The notes under the pieces: generated by a model | The model's database searches: none | What the model saw: the letters and a program-made list of their open reading frames with translations, nothing else | What the model was told of the DNA's origin: nothing | In this document: positions 19,970-29,760 of the stretch, piece after piece | Layout: the number at the start of each line of letters is the position of its first letter | How positions within the stretch are numbered: position 1 is the first letter of the stretch | Position numbers and translations under genes: made by a program | Origin: Promethearchaeota archaeon | GTDB taxonomy: Archaea > Asgardarchaeota > Lokiarchaeia > Sigyniarchaeales > SOKP01 | Assembly (NCBI GenBank): GCA_019057865.1 | Contig: JAHLWP010000033.1 | Span: forward strand, 1 to 50,451 | DNA length: 50,451 nt | Direction: 5' to 3'

Positions 19970-20347
19970 GTGTTTTTTATGTCTTTAGGAGATAAAAGTT
20001 TAACCGAATTAACTAAAAATGTTTTTTCAGATAAGTATGAATTTATTGAAGGTCCCCGAAAAGTAAAGGGCAAATCTGGGAAAATTTGGATTTTTGACGC
20101 ATTAGTTAAAAATGAAAATTCTTTATATGGTATGTTTATACGTGATTGGAAAAGAGAAATCTCCATTACACAATTACGACAATTAAATAAAGCTTGTAAA
20201 GATACAGAAGTGCAAGGAGGTATTATGATTTGTAATATAGTTACTGATTTTTCATGTGATTATAGTTTACAATTTGGAATTCAACTTCTCTCTAAAGGAC
20301 ATCTAATATCTAAATTAAGACGTAGGAAGTTTTCTACCTCCTTTTGA
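19970..20347 (+). CDS. Mrr-like PD-(D/E)XK-fold protein, probably degenerate active site
   Basis: KGKSGKIWIFDALV...FIRDWKREISI...GGIMICN...GIQLL. Confidence 0.6.
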   Translation: MFFMSLGDKSLTELTKNVFSDKYEFIEGPRKVKGKSGKIWIFDALVKNENSLYGMFIRDWKREISITQLRQLNKACKDTEVQGGIMICNIVTDFSCDYSLQFGIQLLSKGHLISKLRRRKFSTSF

Positions 20348-20606
20348 CTTAACTATATGACCGTCAAGACTTTTGAAGTATATAATTTTTTCTTGTTTTT
20401 CAGTTTTTTTTAAAGTTTTAAGGAGTTTTCGAATACAAACATAAATAGAAAATGAAAATTGTCCAAAAATTATACATGATAATTTTCTACGCTAATTATG
20501 TTCTTTCTCATATTTAAATTTAAGGATGTAAGAAAATTTTAATAAAAATTTATAAATAAAAAATTCTAAATATGATATAACGAGATGAAAAAGAGATTCG
20601 ATAACA

Positions 20607-20900
20607 TTGATTATTGTATATGAACTTAACAATCAATTAGAAGAATTTGAAGAATTAAAAATTGAAGAAAATGTTCCTTTATTTGAACTATTAGATTCAA
20701 ATAAAATCTTACTTTTTATTGATGCTCATAATCAGAAAGTATGGGAATGGCAAGGGAGAAATACATCCACAAGAATGAAATTCATAAATACTCAATTAGT
20801 ACCAAGTATTCGGAATAAACATGATATTGCTTATGCAATCACTACTGTTGACGAGGGAGAAGAAACAGTCGCCTTTAAAATAATGATAGGTTTACCTTAA
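20607..20900 (+). CDS. Single-domain gelsolin-like actin regulator (Asgard 1DGel type)
   Basis: LLDSNKILLFID...VWEWQGRNTS...VDEGEETVAF match the gelsolin repeat consensus (L.S.D.FILD, WxG, V.(Q/E)G.E...F). Confidence 0.82.
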   Translation: MIIVYELNNQLEEFEELKIEENVPLFELLDSNKILLFIDAHNQKVWEWQGRNTSTRMKFINTQLVPSIRNKHDIAYAITTVDEGEETVAFKIMIGLP

Positions 20901-21028
20901 TCATAACAATACTCTATCAAGAGTTTCTATTTATCCCTAAAAAAGATTATTAAACTTTCTCTCTTTAATTATTTTATAATTTGTAGATATTTGAATTAAA
21001 ATAATTAAAATTATGTGAAAGTAAGAAA

Positions 21029-22060
21029 ATGTTTGATAAAACAAAATGCACTCTATGTGGAGAGTGCTTAATGAAATGCCCATATTTAGCATATCCAGAA
21101 GATAAAGCTAAAATTGAATTTAAGAAATTAATTGATGGAGAAAATACTCCCATAACTGCTGATTGTATTACATGCGCTGCTTGTAATATGATCTGTCCTG
21201 AAGGGGCTAATCCGTTTGATTTGATTAATGAGAGACAAGAAGAAACGGGATCTTTTAAAATCACTGAAGCCGCAATTCGTATGTTTAATCTGGGTTCAGC
21301 TCTTCCATCTAAGATTATTAAAGGTAAACCAGAAAAACCAGTTATGAGTATATGTTCTCTTGGAGATCTATTACCAGGAGTTTTAGAAGGACAACTTTTT
21401 GATGGAATGACGTTCTTGAAAGGAGGAGATTATTTTTGTTACTTTGGATGGATACATGCAGGTAGACCGAGTATGTTAGAGGAAAATGCTCAAAAGTTTG
21501 TAGATAATCTTACTAAATCTGGTGCTAAAGAGATAATTTTATTCCATGATGATTGCTACGCAATGTTAACAAGTAAAGTAAAGGAATATGGAATAGAAGT
21601 ACCATTTAAATCTATACATATAATCGAATATTTACGAGATTACGTTAAAAAAAATGTAGACCAGGTGAATAAATTGAATATAAAAATAGCTTATCAACAA
21701 CCTTGTGCTTCCAGATATACATTCGAAAAAGATAAAATGTTAGATGAACTCTTCGAATTAATTGGGGTTGAGAGAGTAAATAGAAAATATGACAGAGAAG
21801 ATGCCCTTTGTTGTGGATCAACCCAAGGCTCAATGATAAACATTTCCAAAGAAGAACAAGATGAATGGCGGATGAAGATTATAATAGATGCTAAAGAAGC
21901 TGGAGCTGAGGCAATGGTATTTTTGTGTCCAATTTGTGTTCTTAGTCTTAGGAGTAGAGCAAAAGCTCAAGGATTAGAGCCATTTTTTATTAGTAACCTT
22001 GTTCGTGTAGCATTAGGAGAAGAACTCACCCATGGAGGAGCAGGAAAGATCTTTAAATAA
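21029..22060 (+). CDS. Fe-S oxidoreductase (ferredoxin plus CCG domains; HdrD/GlpC-like)
   Basis: CTLCGECLMKCP, CITCAACNMICP, YQQPC, ALCCG and CPIC. Confidence 0.85.
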   Translation: MFDKTKCTLCGECLMKCPYLAYPEDKAKIEFKKLIDGENTPITADCITCAACNMICPEGANPFDLINERQEETGSFKITEAAIRMFNLGSALPSKIIKGKPEKPVMSICSLGDLLPGVLEGQLFDGMTFLKGGDYFCYFGWIHAGRPSMLEENAQKFVDNLTKSGAKEIILFHDDCYAMLTSKVKEYGIEVPFKSIHIIEYLRDYVKKNVDQVNKLNIKIAYQQPCASRYTFEKDKMLDELFELIGVERVNRKYDREDALCCGSTQGSMINISKEEQDEWRMKIIIDAKEAGAEAMVFLCPICVLSLRSRAKAQGLEPFFISNLVRVALGEELTHGGAGKIFK

Positions 22061-22215
22061 TTAATTTTAAAATAATAATTAGAAATGATAGAAAACTAAT
22101 TGTTTTTAATAAAGCCAAATATATTAAGCAAAAAGATGAAAATTTTCCAGACATATTGGAATGGTCTAAGCCCCTATTAAACAAATTAAAATTAAAATAA
22201 ATTTAGAATATAACT

Positions 22216-24399
22216 TTGAATACAAAAAAAGATAATATTGAAGAAGAATATATCTTCGAGTTCTACGACGAGGATTATGCGGAATCCTTAGAAGAGGAAA
22301 TTCCTCAAATTGTAGAAGAATATAATAAGATTAATTTTGAAGAAGACTTAAATGATGAACAACTTGAAATCATCAATAACATTAAGGGACCAATGTTAGT
22401 TATTGCTGGAGCAGGAAGCGGTAAAACAAGAACAATTACTTATTCAGTTGCAAAACTATTGTTATCTGGAGTAAGGCCAAGTCAAATTATGTTAGTTACA
22501 TTTACAAACAAAGCGGCAGACGAAATGATCAAACGAGTTGAAGCACTTCTTGGAAAACGCCCTAAAGGCATTTGGGCCGGAACTTTTCACTCAATAGCAA
22601 ATCGATTCATACGAAGATATGCTAAAACACTAGGTTTAAAAGCAAATTATACAATAATGGACGAAACTGATGCAAAAGCATTAATGAAGCTTTCAATTGA
22701 GAAAACTAATGTAAAAGAAATCGAAGAACGCTTTCCTAACTCTAGAATGGCAAAGGCTATCTTGTCTTTTTCTATTAATTGTAGTAAGTCGATTCGAGAT
22801 GTTATCCTTTGGAAATATTCTCAATTTGAAAGTGAAAATGTTGTTAGAAAATTAGAAGAAGTCTTCAAAATTTATAGCACGAAAAAAGCTGAGGATAATT
22901 TAGTTGATTTTGATGACCTCTTGATATATTGGAATCAATTACTAGATGAAAGATCTGTTGCTCAATTAATTGCAAGAAATATAAAATATGTACTTGTTGA
23001 TGAATATCAAGACACTAATTATATCCAAGATGAGATTATATATAAAATAGTTAAGCAAAATCCAGAGCATAATGTAATAGCAGTAGGAGATGATGCTCAG
23101 AGTATATATGCATTTCGTGGAGCAAATTTCCAAAACATTTTGAATTTTGAAAAAAAATATAAGAATTGTAAGAAATATACGATTACGTATAATTATAGAA
23201 GTGTTCCACAAATTTTGGCTTTAGCCAATAACTCAATTCAATACAATGTAAAACAATTCAAAAAAACTATGCAGGCAACTCGTCCCAAAGGAATTTTACC
23301 CTTCCAAGTAAATGTTGGAGATGATAAAGAACAGGCCTATTTTATTGCAAATCAGATTTTAAATTTACGTTCAGATGGATATTCTTTAGAAGATATTGCT
23401 ATTCTTATCCGAGCTGGTTTTCATTCACTAAGAATTGAACTTGAACTAAGAGCTAAAAATATTCCATATGAAGTGAGAGCAGGAGTTGCGTTTTTTGAAA
23501 AGGCTCATATTAAAGACTTAATAGCCCATTTACGAATAATTGAGAATCCATATGATGAAATTTCTTGGTCTCGTATTTTTTCTATTATTCAAGGGATTGG
23601 TACTACTTCAGGTACAAAAATTTTTGAAGCTATTTCTAAATCTGAAAACCCCATTGATGCTTTAATTAATAAGATGTTCTATATTGAAAAATTAAAAGGT
23701 TCTAAAATACCCAAAGAAGGTATAAAAAATACCATCTCCTATGCTAAAAATATGGTAGGATTTACTCCAGAGGATTTGCCTTCTGAAGTTATTAAAAAAT
23801 TCATTTTAATCTTAGAAGATCATATCAAATCTAAATTTGATAATTGGCAAGATCGAATTGATGATTTAAATCAATTGAGTATATATGCAAATAATTTTTC
23901 GTCTATCCGTAAGTTTCTCGAAAATCTTAGCTTAAATTTAACCAATTTAGAATCTAAAACAGTTTTAGATGGGAGTCAAATTGAGGAAGAAAAACCTTTA
24001 ATTTTGTCTACTATTCACCGAGCAAAAGGCCTTGAATGGAGAGTAGTATTTATACCAATGTTATGCGAAGATTCCTTTCCTTCCTCAAGAGTTAAGGGTG
24101 ATCCTGAGGGATTTGAGGAAGAACGTCGTGTTTTTTATGTAGCTGTGACAAGGACTAAAGATCAATTATATTTGATTACACCCTCTATAGTTCAAGGGAC
24201 CAGAGGATATCAAGCTTTAAGAACTTCTCCTTTTATTTCAGAATTGAATCCAAAAGTATATAAAAGTTCATCCGTACAATTTAGATCCAAGATGAATGGA
24301 TTAAAAAGTATCTCTAAAAAACCCCAAAAGACATTTTTCACAACAGCAGACGAATTATTAAAAAAAGAAAAACCGATAAGAAAAAAGAGTAGAAAGTAG
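22216..24399 (+). CDS. uvrD: UvrD/PcrA-family SF1A DNA helicase with C-terminal FxxA-type tail
   Basis: AGAGSGKT, TFTNKAA, GTFHS, VDEYQD, VGDDAQSIYAFRGA, NYRS, STIHRAKGLEW and EERRVFYVAVTR. Confidence 0.93.
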   Translation: MNTKKDNIEEEYIFEFYDEDYAESLEEEIPQIVEEYNKINFEEDLNDEQLEIINNIKGPMLVIAGAGSGKTRTITYSVAKLLLSGVRPSQIMLVTFTNKAADEMIKRVEALLGKRPKGIWAGTFHSIANRFIRRYAKTLGLKANYTIMDETDAKALMKLSIEKTNVKEIEERFPNSRMAKAILSFSINCSKSIRDVILWKYSQFESENVVRKLEEVFKIYSTKKAEDNLVDFDDLLIYWNQLLDERSVAQLIARNIKYVLVDEYQDTNYIQDEIIYKIVKQNPEHNVIAVGDDAQSIYAFRGANFQNILNFEKKYKNCKKYTITYNYRSVPQILALANNSIQYNVKQFKKTMQATRPKGILPFQVNVGDDKEQAYFIANQILNLRSDGYSLEDIAILIRAGFHSLRIELELRAKNIPYEVRAGVAFFEKAHIKDLIAHLRIIENPYDEISWSRIFSIIQGIGTTSGTKIFEAISKSENPIDALINKMFYIEKLKGSKIPKEGIKNTISYAKNMVGFTPEDLPSEVIKKFILILEDHIKSKFDNWQDRIDDLNQLSIYANNFSSIRKFLENLSLNLTNLESKTVLDGSQIEEEKPLILSTIHRAKGLEWRVVFIPMLCEDSFPSSRVKGDPEGFEEERRVFYVAVTRTKDQLYLITPSIVQGTRGYQALRTSPFISELNPKVYKSSSVQFRSKMNGLKSISKKPQKTFFTTADELLKKEKPIRKKSRK

Positions 24400-24540
24400 A
24401 ATTTTTACGATACACTTAACTCATGAAACAAACTATTAATAGAAAACTAAATATTTATCTAAAAACTGTTAAATCTATTGAGTCTAAAAGAATTATTAGA
24501 AAAGAAGATATATAATTGAAAAAAAGCATAATTTTTAAAG

Positions 24541-25671
24541 ATGAGTGGTGAAAAAAGAAAAAGTCCATTGAAAGAATGTGTGGAATTTATAGAAGACCAT
24601 AAACTACGATATCAAAAAGAAGATGGAGCGTATGCTTTCAGCCCTGAGGAAGAAACTTTTGAAATTCAAGATGATAAAATCTTTGAGATTCCTAAGTGTG
24701 AAAATGCAAAAGATATTGGCTTTGTTGACGGAGGAAATGGTCCTATACTTAGAAGTGCAGATTTTAATATTAGTTTAAATCGTGTAGCGGGAGCTTTATT
24801 TACTAATAATGAATGGTATGACCCTACAAAAACCCCAGTCAAAATAGAGTTTTATAGCGCAACAGTTTTAGATCTTCTTGATGATAACACACTTGTTTAT
24901 AATACACGCTTTTTTCCTACAGAATCAGAATTTTCTGAGTATCTTCCTCAAGACGAATTAATATTTCCTGTTAGTGATCCAACTATAAGAGAAAGACTCT
25001 TCAGTATGCCAAATATTGAAGTTTTTGGAGGAATTGCGATGAGATTTGCGGAATGGACTTATGCGACAAAATTTATATCAAATGAATTAGAAGAAGGAAG
25101 TATTTTTGTGAGAGATGGTTCACTTCAAACTGGTTATACTGGAGAAACTGAAATTGCTGAAAATCTATATAAAATTGCCATCAAAAAAGGAGTTATAGTT
25201 ACAGGGCTTTCAAAAACTTGTCGTTTAATTACACAAAATGGAAATTCATTAAATTCATTGATTCATTATATTTGTAATAAGAAATTCCCAGATAGCGCTT
25301 GGTATTATCATCCTATATACAGAATTACAAAAGCTCAAGAAAAAGCTGATTTATATTTTGTAAAATTACATAAGAATTCACTTTATTCATTTCGGTTTGA
25401 TATATTATTAGATCAGGCAAAAAAAATGACTCAAGACCTACAGGAAATAATTATTTCTAACCTTGCTAATAATTCCAATGATTTATCTTATCCAGGGTAT
25501 CCATATGGTCTCATTAAAGCAGATCAATTAGCTGCGGTTAGTATAAAGGAACTAGAACCTCAGAAAATTCAATTAATTGCAGAATTTGATCAAAAAGGTT
25601 ATAATGAATTTATTCTACCTCGTTTACGTTCAGTAAACGCACATGATTTATTAAATATAATAAGAAAATAG
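24541..25671 (+). CDS. nurA: NurA 5'-3' nuclease
   Basis: FVDGG, RDGSL, GLSKT and PGYPYGLIKAD; first gene of a herA-mre11-rad50 cluster. Confidence 0.88.
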   Translation: MSGEKRKSPLKECVEFIEDHKLRYQKEDGAYAFSPEEETFEIQDDKIFEIPKCENAKDIGFVDGGNGPILRSADFNISLNRVAGALFTNNEWYDPTKTPVKIEFYSATVLDLLDDNTLVYNTRFFPTESEFSEYLPQDELIFPVSDPTIRERLFSMPNIEVFGGIAMRFAEWTYATKFISNELEEGSIFVRDGSLQTGYTGETEIAENLYKIAIKKGVIVTGLSKTCRLITQNGNSLNSLIHYICNKKFPDSAWYYHPIYRITKAQEKADLYFVKLHKNSLYSFRFDILLDQAKKMTQDLQEIIISNLANNSNDLSYPGYPYGLIKADQLAAVSIKELEPQKIQLIAEFDQKGYNEFILPRLRSVNAHDLLNIIRK

Positions 25672-25689
25672 TTTTGAGAAAGGTATAAA

Positions 25690-27264
25690 ATGGGAGATTT
25701 AGGAATAAAAATTGGTAGTTTTGTTACCGGTTCTTTAGTTAAATTAATAATAAGACAAAAGTCAGATCAAGAATTTGAGCTAGGACAGCTTTTCATCGCT
25801 GGGAAGGATAGAAAAGAATACAGCATTTACCAAATTAAGGATTTATTTTTTGGAAGCCAAATTCCCGATAATATTCTTGAATTAATGGCAGGTTATGGAT
25901 TAGAGAGAGAAAGATCTGATTTAAAAATATATGAACCTGAATTGAGAAACTATGTTTTAGCTCTCGCTAGACCATTAATATTTGTTAAGGATAATAAATT
26001 GTACTTACCAAAAAAGTTACCAACCTTTTTCTCAGATACTTTTAATATTGATGATACCCATTTAGAGTTTTTTAAGGAAGAAAAAATTGAAAATCCCTTA
26101 AATTTAGGTAGAATTCGTTCTGGATCAAAAATTTTGAAAACAGAAGTGATACTTGAAGCAACAGATGTATTAAGACACCATATTCTAATTCCTGCAACTA
26201 CAGGTCGGGGTAAATCGAATTTAGTAAAAACAATTCTGTATGATTTGATGGAAAACGATTATTGCGGTAAATTAGTATTTGATCCTCATAATGAATATTA
26301 TGGAACTGGTACTCAAAAAGGATTGAAGGAACATCCCAAAAGTAACCAATATATAGATTTTTATACTATAAGAACAATTCCTGGGAAGCTCGATTTAAGA
26401 TTCAATGTAAAGTTAATAGAACCAATTCATGTAATGGGTTCTCTTAATTTTACTCAACCTCAAATAGAAGCTTTAATAGGCTTTTATCGATTACATAGAG
26501 AGAATTGGATTCAAGCAATTTTTAGTGACGATACTGGTTTATATCAAAGACCTCAAGGACTTCATGTAGGAACCTTAGATGTCCTTAGAAGAAGATTAGC
26601 CATTTTATTAAATTTTGGATTTGATGCGAATAATAACATTGTAGAGAATGGTATTTATACTTTAAATGGATATGAATCTACAATAAGTAATATTGTTAAT
26701 TCATTAATTAAAAGCAAAACTGTTATTGTTGATACTTCCTTATTTGAAGGAGCTCGAGAAATATTTGTAGCAACCATCATAGTTGAAAATATATTTAACG
26801 AATATAAAAGATTAAAATTTAAGGATCAATTAAAAGATAAACCAGTTATTACAATTGTCTTAGAAGAAGCTCCAAGAGTAATAGGTAAGAAAGTATTAGA
26901 AACGAGAGATAATGTCTTCGGTAAAATAGCAAGAGAAGGTAGGAAGTTTAATATTGGCTTAATTGGAATAACACAGTTACCAAGTTTAATAGATAGAGAA
27001 ATCTTGGCTAATATGAATACTAAAATTATTCTAGGGAATGAAATGGGTCCCGAGAGAAGAACATTAATAGAAAGTTCCGCTCAAGATCTTTCAGATGATA
27101 GTCAAACAATTGCAAGTTTAGACATAGGTGAAGCAATTGTAACATCAAACTTTACTAAATTCGCAATTCCTATTAAGATACCATTATTTGAAGATTTATT
27201 GGAAGGTAAAACTAATGAAATTAAATCCAATAAAAAAATAAGAAAAGTATCCCCAGGTTTTTGA
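25690..27264 (+). CDS. herA: HerA helicase/translocase
   Basis: N-terminal HAS-barrel-like region, ATTGRGKS (Walker A), FDPHNEY, LEEAP (Walker B), AREGRKF and ITQLP. Confidence 0.92.
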   Translation: MGDLGIKIGSFVTGSLVKLIIRQKSDQEFELGQLFIAGKDRKEYSIYQIKDLFFGSQIPDNILELMAGYGLERERSDLKIYEPELRNYVLALARPLIFVKDNKLYLPKKLPTFFSDTFNIDDTHLEFFKEEKIENPLNLGRIRSGSKILKTEVILEATDVLRHHILIPATTGRGKSNLVKTILYDLMENDYCGKLVFDPHNEYYGTGTQKGLKEHPKSNQYIDFYTIRTIPGKLDLRFNVKLIEPIHVMGSLNFTQPQIEALIGFYRLHRENWIQAIFSDDTGLYQRPQGLHVGTLDVLRRRLAILLNFGFDANNNIVENGIYTLNGYESTISNIVNSLIKSKTVIVDTSLFEGAREIFVATIIVENIFNEYKRLKFKDQLKDKPVITIVLEEAPRVIGKKVLETRDNVFGKIAREGRKFNIGLIGITQLPSLIDREILANMNTKIILGNEMGPERRTLIESSAQDLSDDSQTIASLDIGEAIVTSNFTKFAIPIKIPLFEDLLEGKTNEIKSNKKIRKVSPGF

Positions 27265-27271
27265 TTAAGCA

Positions 27272-28582
27272 ATGATCAGGAAGAAAAATAAAATGAAAGT
27301 TAAATTTGCTCATATTTCTGATGTTCATTTAGGTGCTTGGAGAAATGAACTAATAAATGAATTAGGATATAAGGCGTTTGAAAAAACGGTAAATACCATC
27401 ATTGAGGAAAATGTAGATTTTGTTATCATAAGTGGTGACTTATATGATGTTAGTAATCCAAAAGTAGATGTAGTCGATCTGGCAATAAGAGAGTTAAAAA
27501 AATTAAGAGATAATCATATACCTGTGTATGGAATAATGGGCTCTCATGACTTCTCCCCTTCTAATAAATCCATGATACGTCTTTTAATTACTGCAGGGTT
27601 GTTCATAAATGTCTCCAAAGGCGATATTACAGATAACAATAAATTAAAATTAGAATTTACAGAAGATCCCCAGACTAAAATCAAAATTACAGGATTACGA
27701 GCAAGAAAACGTAGCTTAGAAATTGAAGATTTTGAAATTCTGGATCGAGTAATCTTAGAAAAGGAAAGTGGTATAAAAATCTTCATATTCCATACATTAA
27801 TAAGTGAACTTAAGCCTATTGAATATAAAGATATGGAATCCGCTCCTAAATCACTACTTCCTTTAAATTTCACCTATTATGCTGGGGGTCATATGCATAA
27901 AACGGTGCCAGATAAAGTACGTAAAAATGAAAGATCCCATAAGATTGACAATAAGACCAAAATAATATATCCAGGGGGCCTTTATCCTGTTAATTTTCGT
28001 GAACTTGAGCAGTATCAATACGGTGGATTCTGTATAATCTCAGGTGAAATAGATATTCCCTCTGAATCTTCAGAATTAGAAGTTAAATATATAGCTATCA
28101 AAGTTAAAGAAGCTGTTCCTCTATATATCGATTGCAATAATAAATCTCTCCCTCAAGTAGAAGATATTTTGGAAGAAACAATTCAAAGTACAGAATTTAC
28201 GGATAAAATAGTAACAATAAGAATGGTGGGAACCTTAACTTCTGGAAAAACCTATAAAATAAAATCTGATGAAATTAAACAAAAAATTATGGATAAAGGA
28301 GCATATGAAGTCTTACTTAACAAAACAGCTCTAAGTACAAAAGAATATGCTCCTATAAATGTCTTGGTGGGAAAAACAAACCAAGAAATTGAAGAAACTT
28401 TAATCCATGAGCATGCTCAAAAAATAGATATTAAAAATCTTACCAAAAAAGATGTTGAAAATAAAATCCATGAACTTTTAACTGTCTTGGGCAAAGAAAG
28501 GGAAGAGGAGATGAGAGTCAGGGATTATAATGAATACTTGGAGGAGAATTTTAAAAGGATTTTCCAGCTAGAGGAGGAATAA
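27272..28582 (+). CDS. mre11: Mre11 nuclease (start may be the second ATG, 27293)
   Basis: HISDVHLG, SGDLYD, GSHD, FH, GGHMH and YPGG motifs. Confidence 0.92.
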   Translation: MIRKKNKMKVKFAHISDVHLGAWRNELINELGYKAFEKTVNTIIEENVDFVIISGDLYDVSNPKVDVVDLAIRELKKLRDNHIPVYGIMGSHDFSPSNKSMIRLLITAGLFINVSKGDITDNNKLKLEFTEDPQTKIKITGLRARKRSLEIEDFEILDRVILEKESGIKIFIFHTLISELKPIEYKDMESAPKSLLPLNFTYYAGGHMHKTVPDKVRKNERSHKIDNKTKIIYPGGLYPVNFRELEQYQYGGFCIISGEIDIPSESSELEVKYIAIKVKEAVPLYIDCNNKSLPQVEDILEETIQSTEFTDKIVTIRMVGTLTSGKTYKIKSDEIKQKIMDKGAYEVLLNKTALSTKEYAPINVLVGKTNQEIEETLIHEHAQKIDIKNLTKKDVENKIHELLTVLGKEREEEMRVRDYNEYLEENFKRIFQLEEE

Positions 28583-28588
28583 GATAAA

Positions 28589-29758
28589 ATGATAATAAAC
28601 TCGGTTAAAATAAAAAACATCAGAAGTATAAAAAGTTTAGATATTGAATTTCCATCCTCTACAATGCTCTTTTTTGGAGATATAGGGAGTGGGAAATCTT
28701 CTGTCTTAAAAGCAATTGAATTTGGGTTATTTGGAACGTTAAATGCAGCTGAATTAAGCGGCGATTCATTATTACGTAGAGGTGAAAATTATGGAAATGT
28801 TGAATTAACCTTTTGTATTGATAATAGAAAATATATTGTTCAAAGAGCTCTAAAAAGAAGCAAGGATGGAAAAATATACCAAGAAAAAGGAACTATTATA
28901 GAATTTAATGGTTCCAATACTATAGAAACCTCCTTAGCTATAACAGATTTAAGAAAGAGGATCTTAGAATTACTTAATTATTCAATAACACGGTATGAAA
29001 AAACGCAAAAAATTCCTATATTTAGGTACACGGTCTATACTCCTCAAGAACAGGTTAAGGAAATAATACTTGCTAAACCAGACGAAAGATTTGAAATTTT
29101 AAAGGAAGTTTTCGGTATAGAAAAATATGAAATTGCCCTTAAGAATGTTGATATCATCAAAAATTTACTCAATTACAAATTAAAGGAAATAGAAATATTT
29201 CTTGACACTATCGGGACCCCAGAATTACGTATTCCAGAAAGAAAAGAAGAGATTGTAATTCAGAAGAAAATGATTAGAGAAATAAAAAACAACCTAGACC
29301 AAAAGGAAAAAGAGATAAAAGGGGAGGAATCTAAAATTGATAAATTCCAATCAGAATTAACTGAGCATTCCAATAAAATGATTAAAATCGAAAGCAATCA
29401 AAATATAATTAGCAATGCAGAAAATTCAATTAAAAACCATGAGGAATCTTTGAGTATATTAATAGAAGAAATTATTAAATCCAACGAGCAACTAAAAACT
29501 TATCCTATAATACAACTCAGCACCAATTTAACAGAAAAACAATTAGAAAAAGAGCTTGAGATAAATAGAAAAGTAAAAACTCAACAAGAAAATAAGAAAG
29601 CAATATTAAATAAGAAGATTAAAAATATAGATAAACTTCTTAAAGAGGGTAAATGTTCTTTATGCGGACAGAAAATTCACGAAAAAGAGAGGTTTAATAA
29701 CGAATTAAATAACACAACAAAAGATATTGATGATCTTTCTAGCAAAATAGAGAAATAA
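28589..29758 (+). CDS. rad50: Rad50, N-terminal part (Walker A, Q-loop, coiled coil, Zn hook); frameshifted
   Basis: KNIRS, GDIGSGKSS, YTPQ and CSLCG hook; continues in another frame at 29761. Confidence 0.88.
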   Translation: MIINSVKIKNIRSIKSLDIEFPSSTMLFFGDIGSGKSSVLKAIEFGLFGTLNAAELSGDSLLRRGENYGNVELTFCIDNRKYIVQRALKRSKDGKIYQEKGTIIEFNGSNTIETSLAITDLRKRILELLNYSITRYEKTQKIPIFRYTVYTPQEQVKEIILAKPDERFEILKEVFGIEKYEIALKNVDIIKNLLNYKLKEIEIFLDTIGTPELRIPERKEEIVIQKKMIREIKNNLDQKEKEIKGEESKIDKFQSELTEHSNKMIKIESNQNIISNAENSIKNHEESLSILIEEIIKSNEQLKTYPIIQLSTNLTEKQLEKELEINRKVKTQQENKKAILNKKIKNIDKLLKEGKCSLCGQKIHEKERFNNELNNTTKDIDDLSSKIEK

Positions 29759-29760
29759 AT

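Noticed and set aside
20418-20475. Partial look-alikes of the 28-bp operator upstream of the gelsolin gene (TTAAGGAGTTTTCGAA; GTCC-N7-ATAC)
   Set aside because: Spacing and half-sites do not match the two true copies.
25690-27264. HerA as part of an anti-phage system (e.g. Sir2-HerA)
   Set aside because: Its context is the housekeeping nurA/mre11/rad50 operon.
29756-29758. Stop-codon readthrough or selenocysteine in Rad50
   Set aside because: The stop is TAA and the downstream part is in a different frame, so it is a frameshift rather than recoding of a stop.
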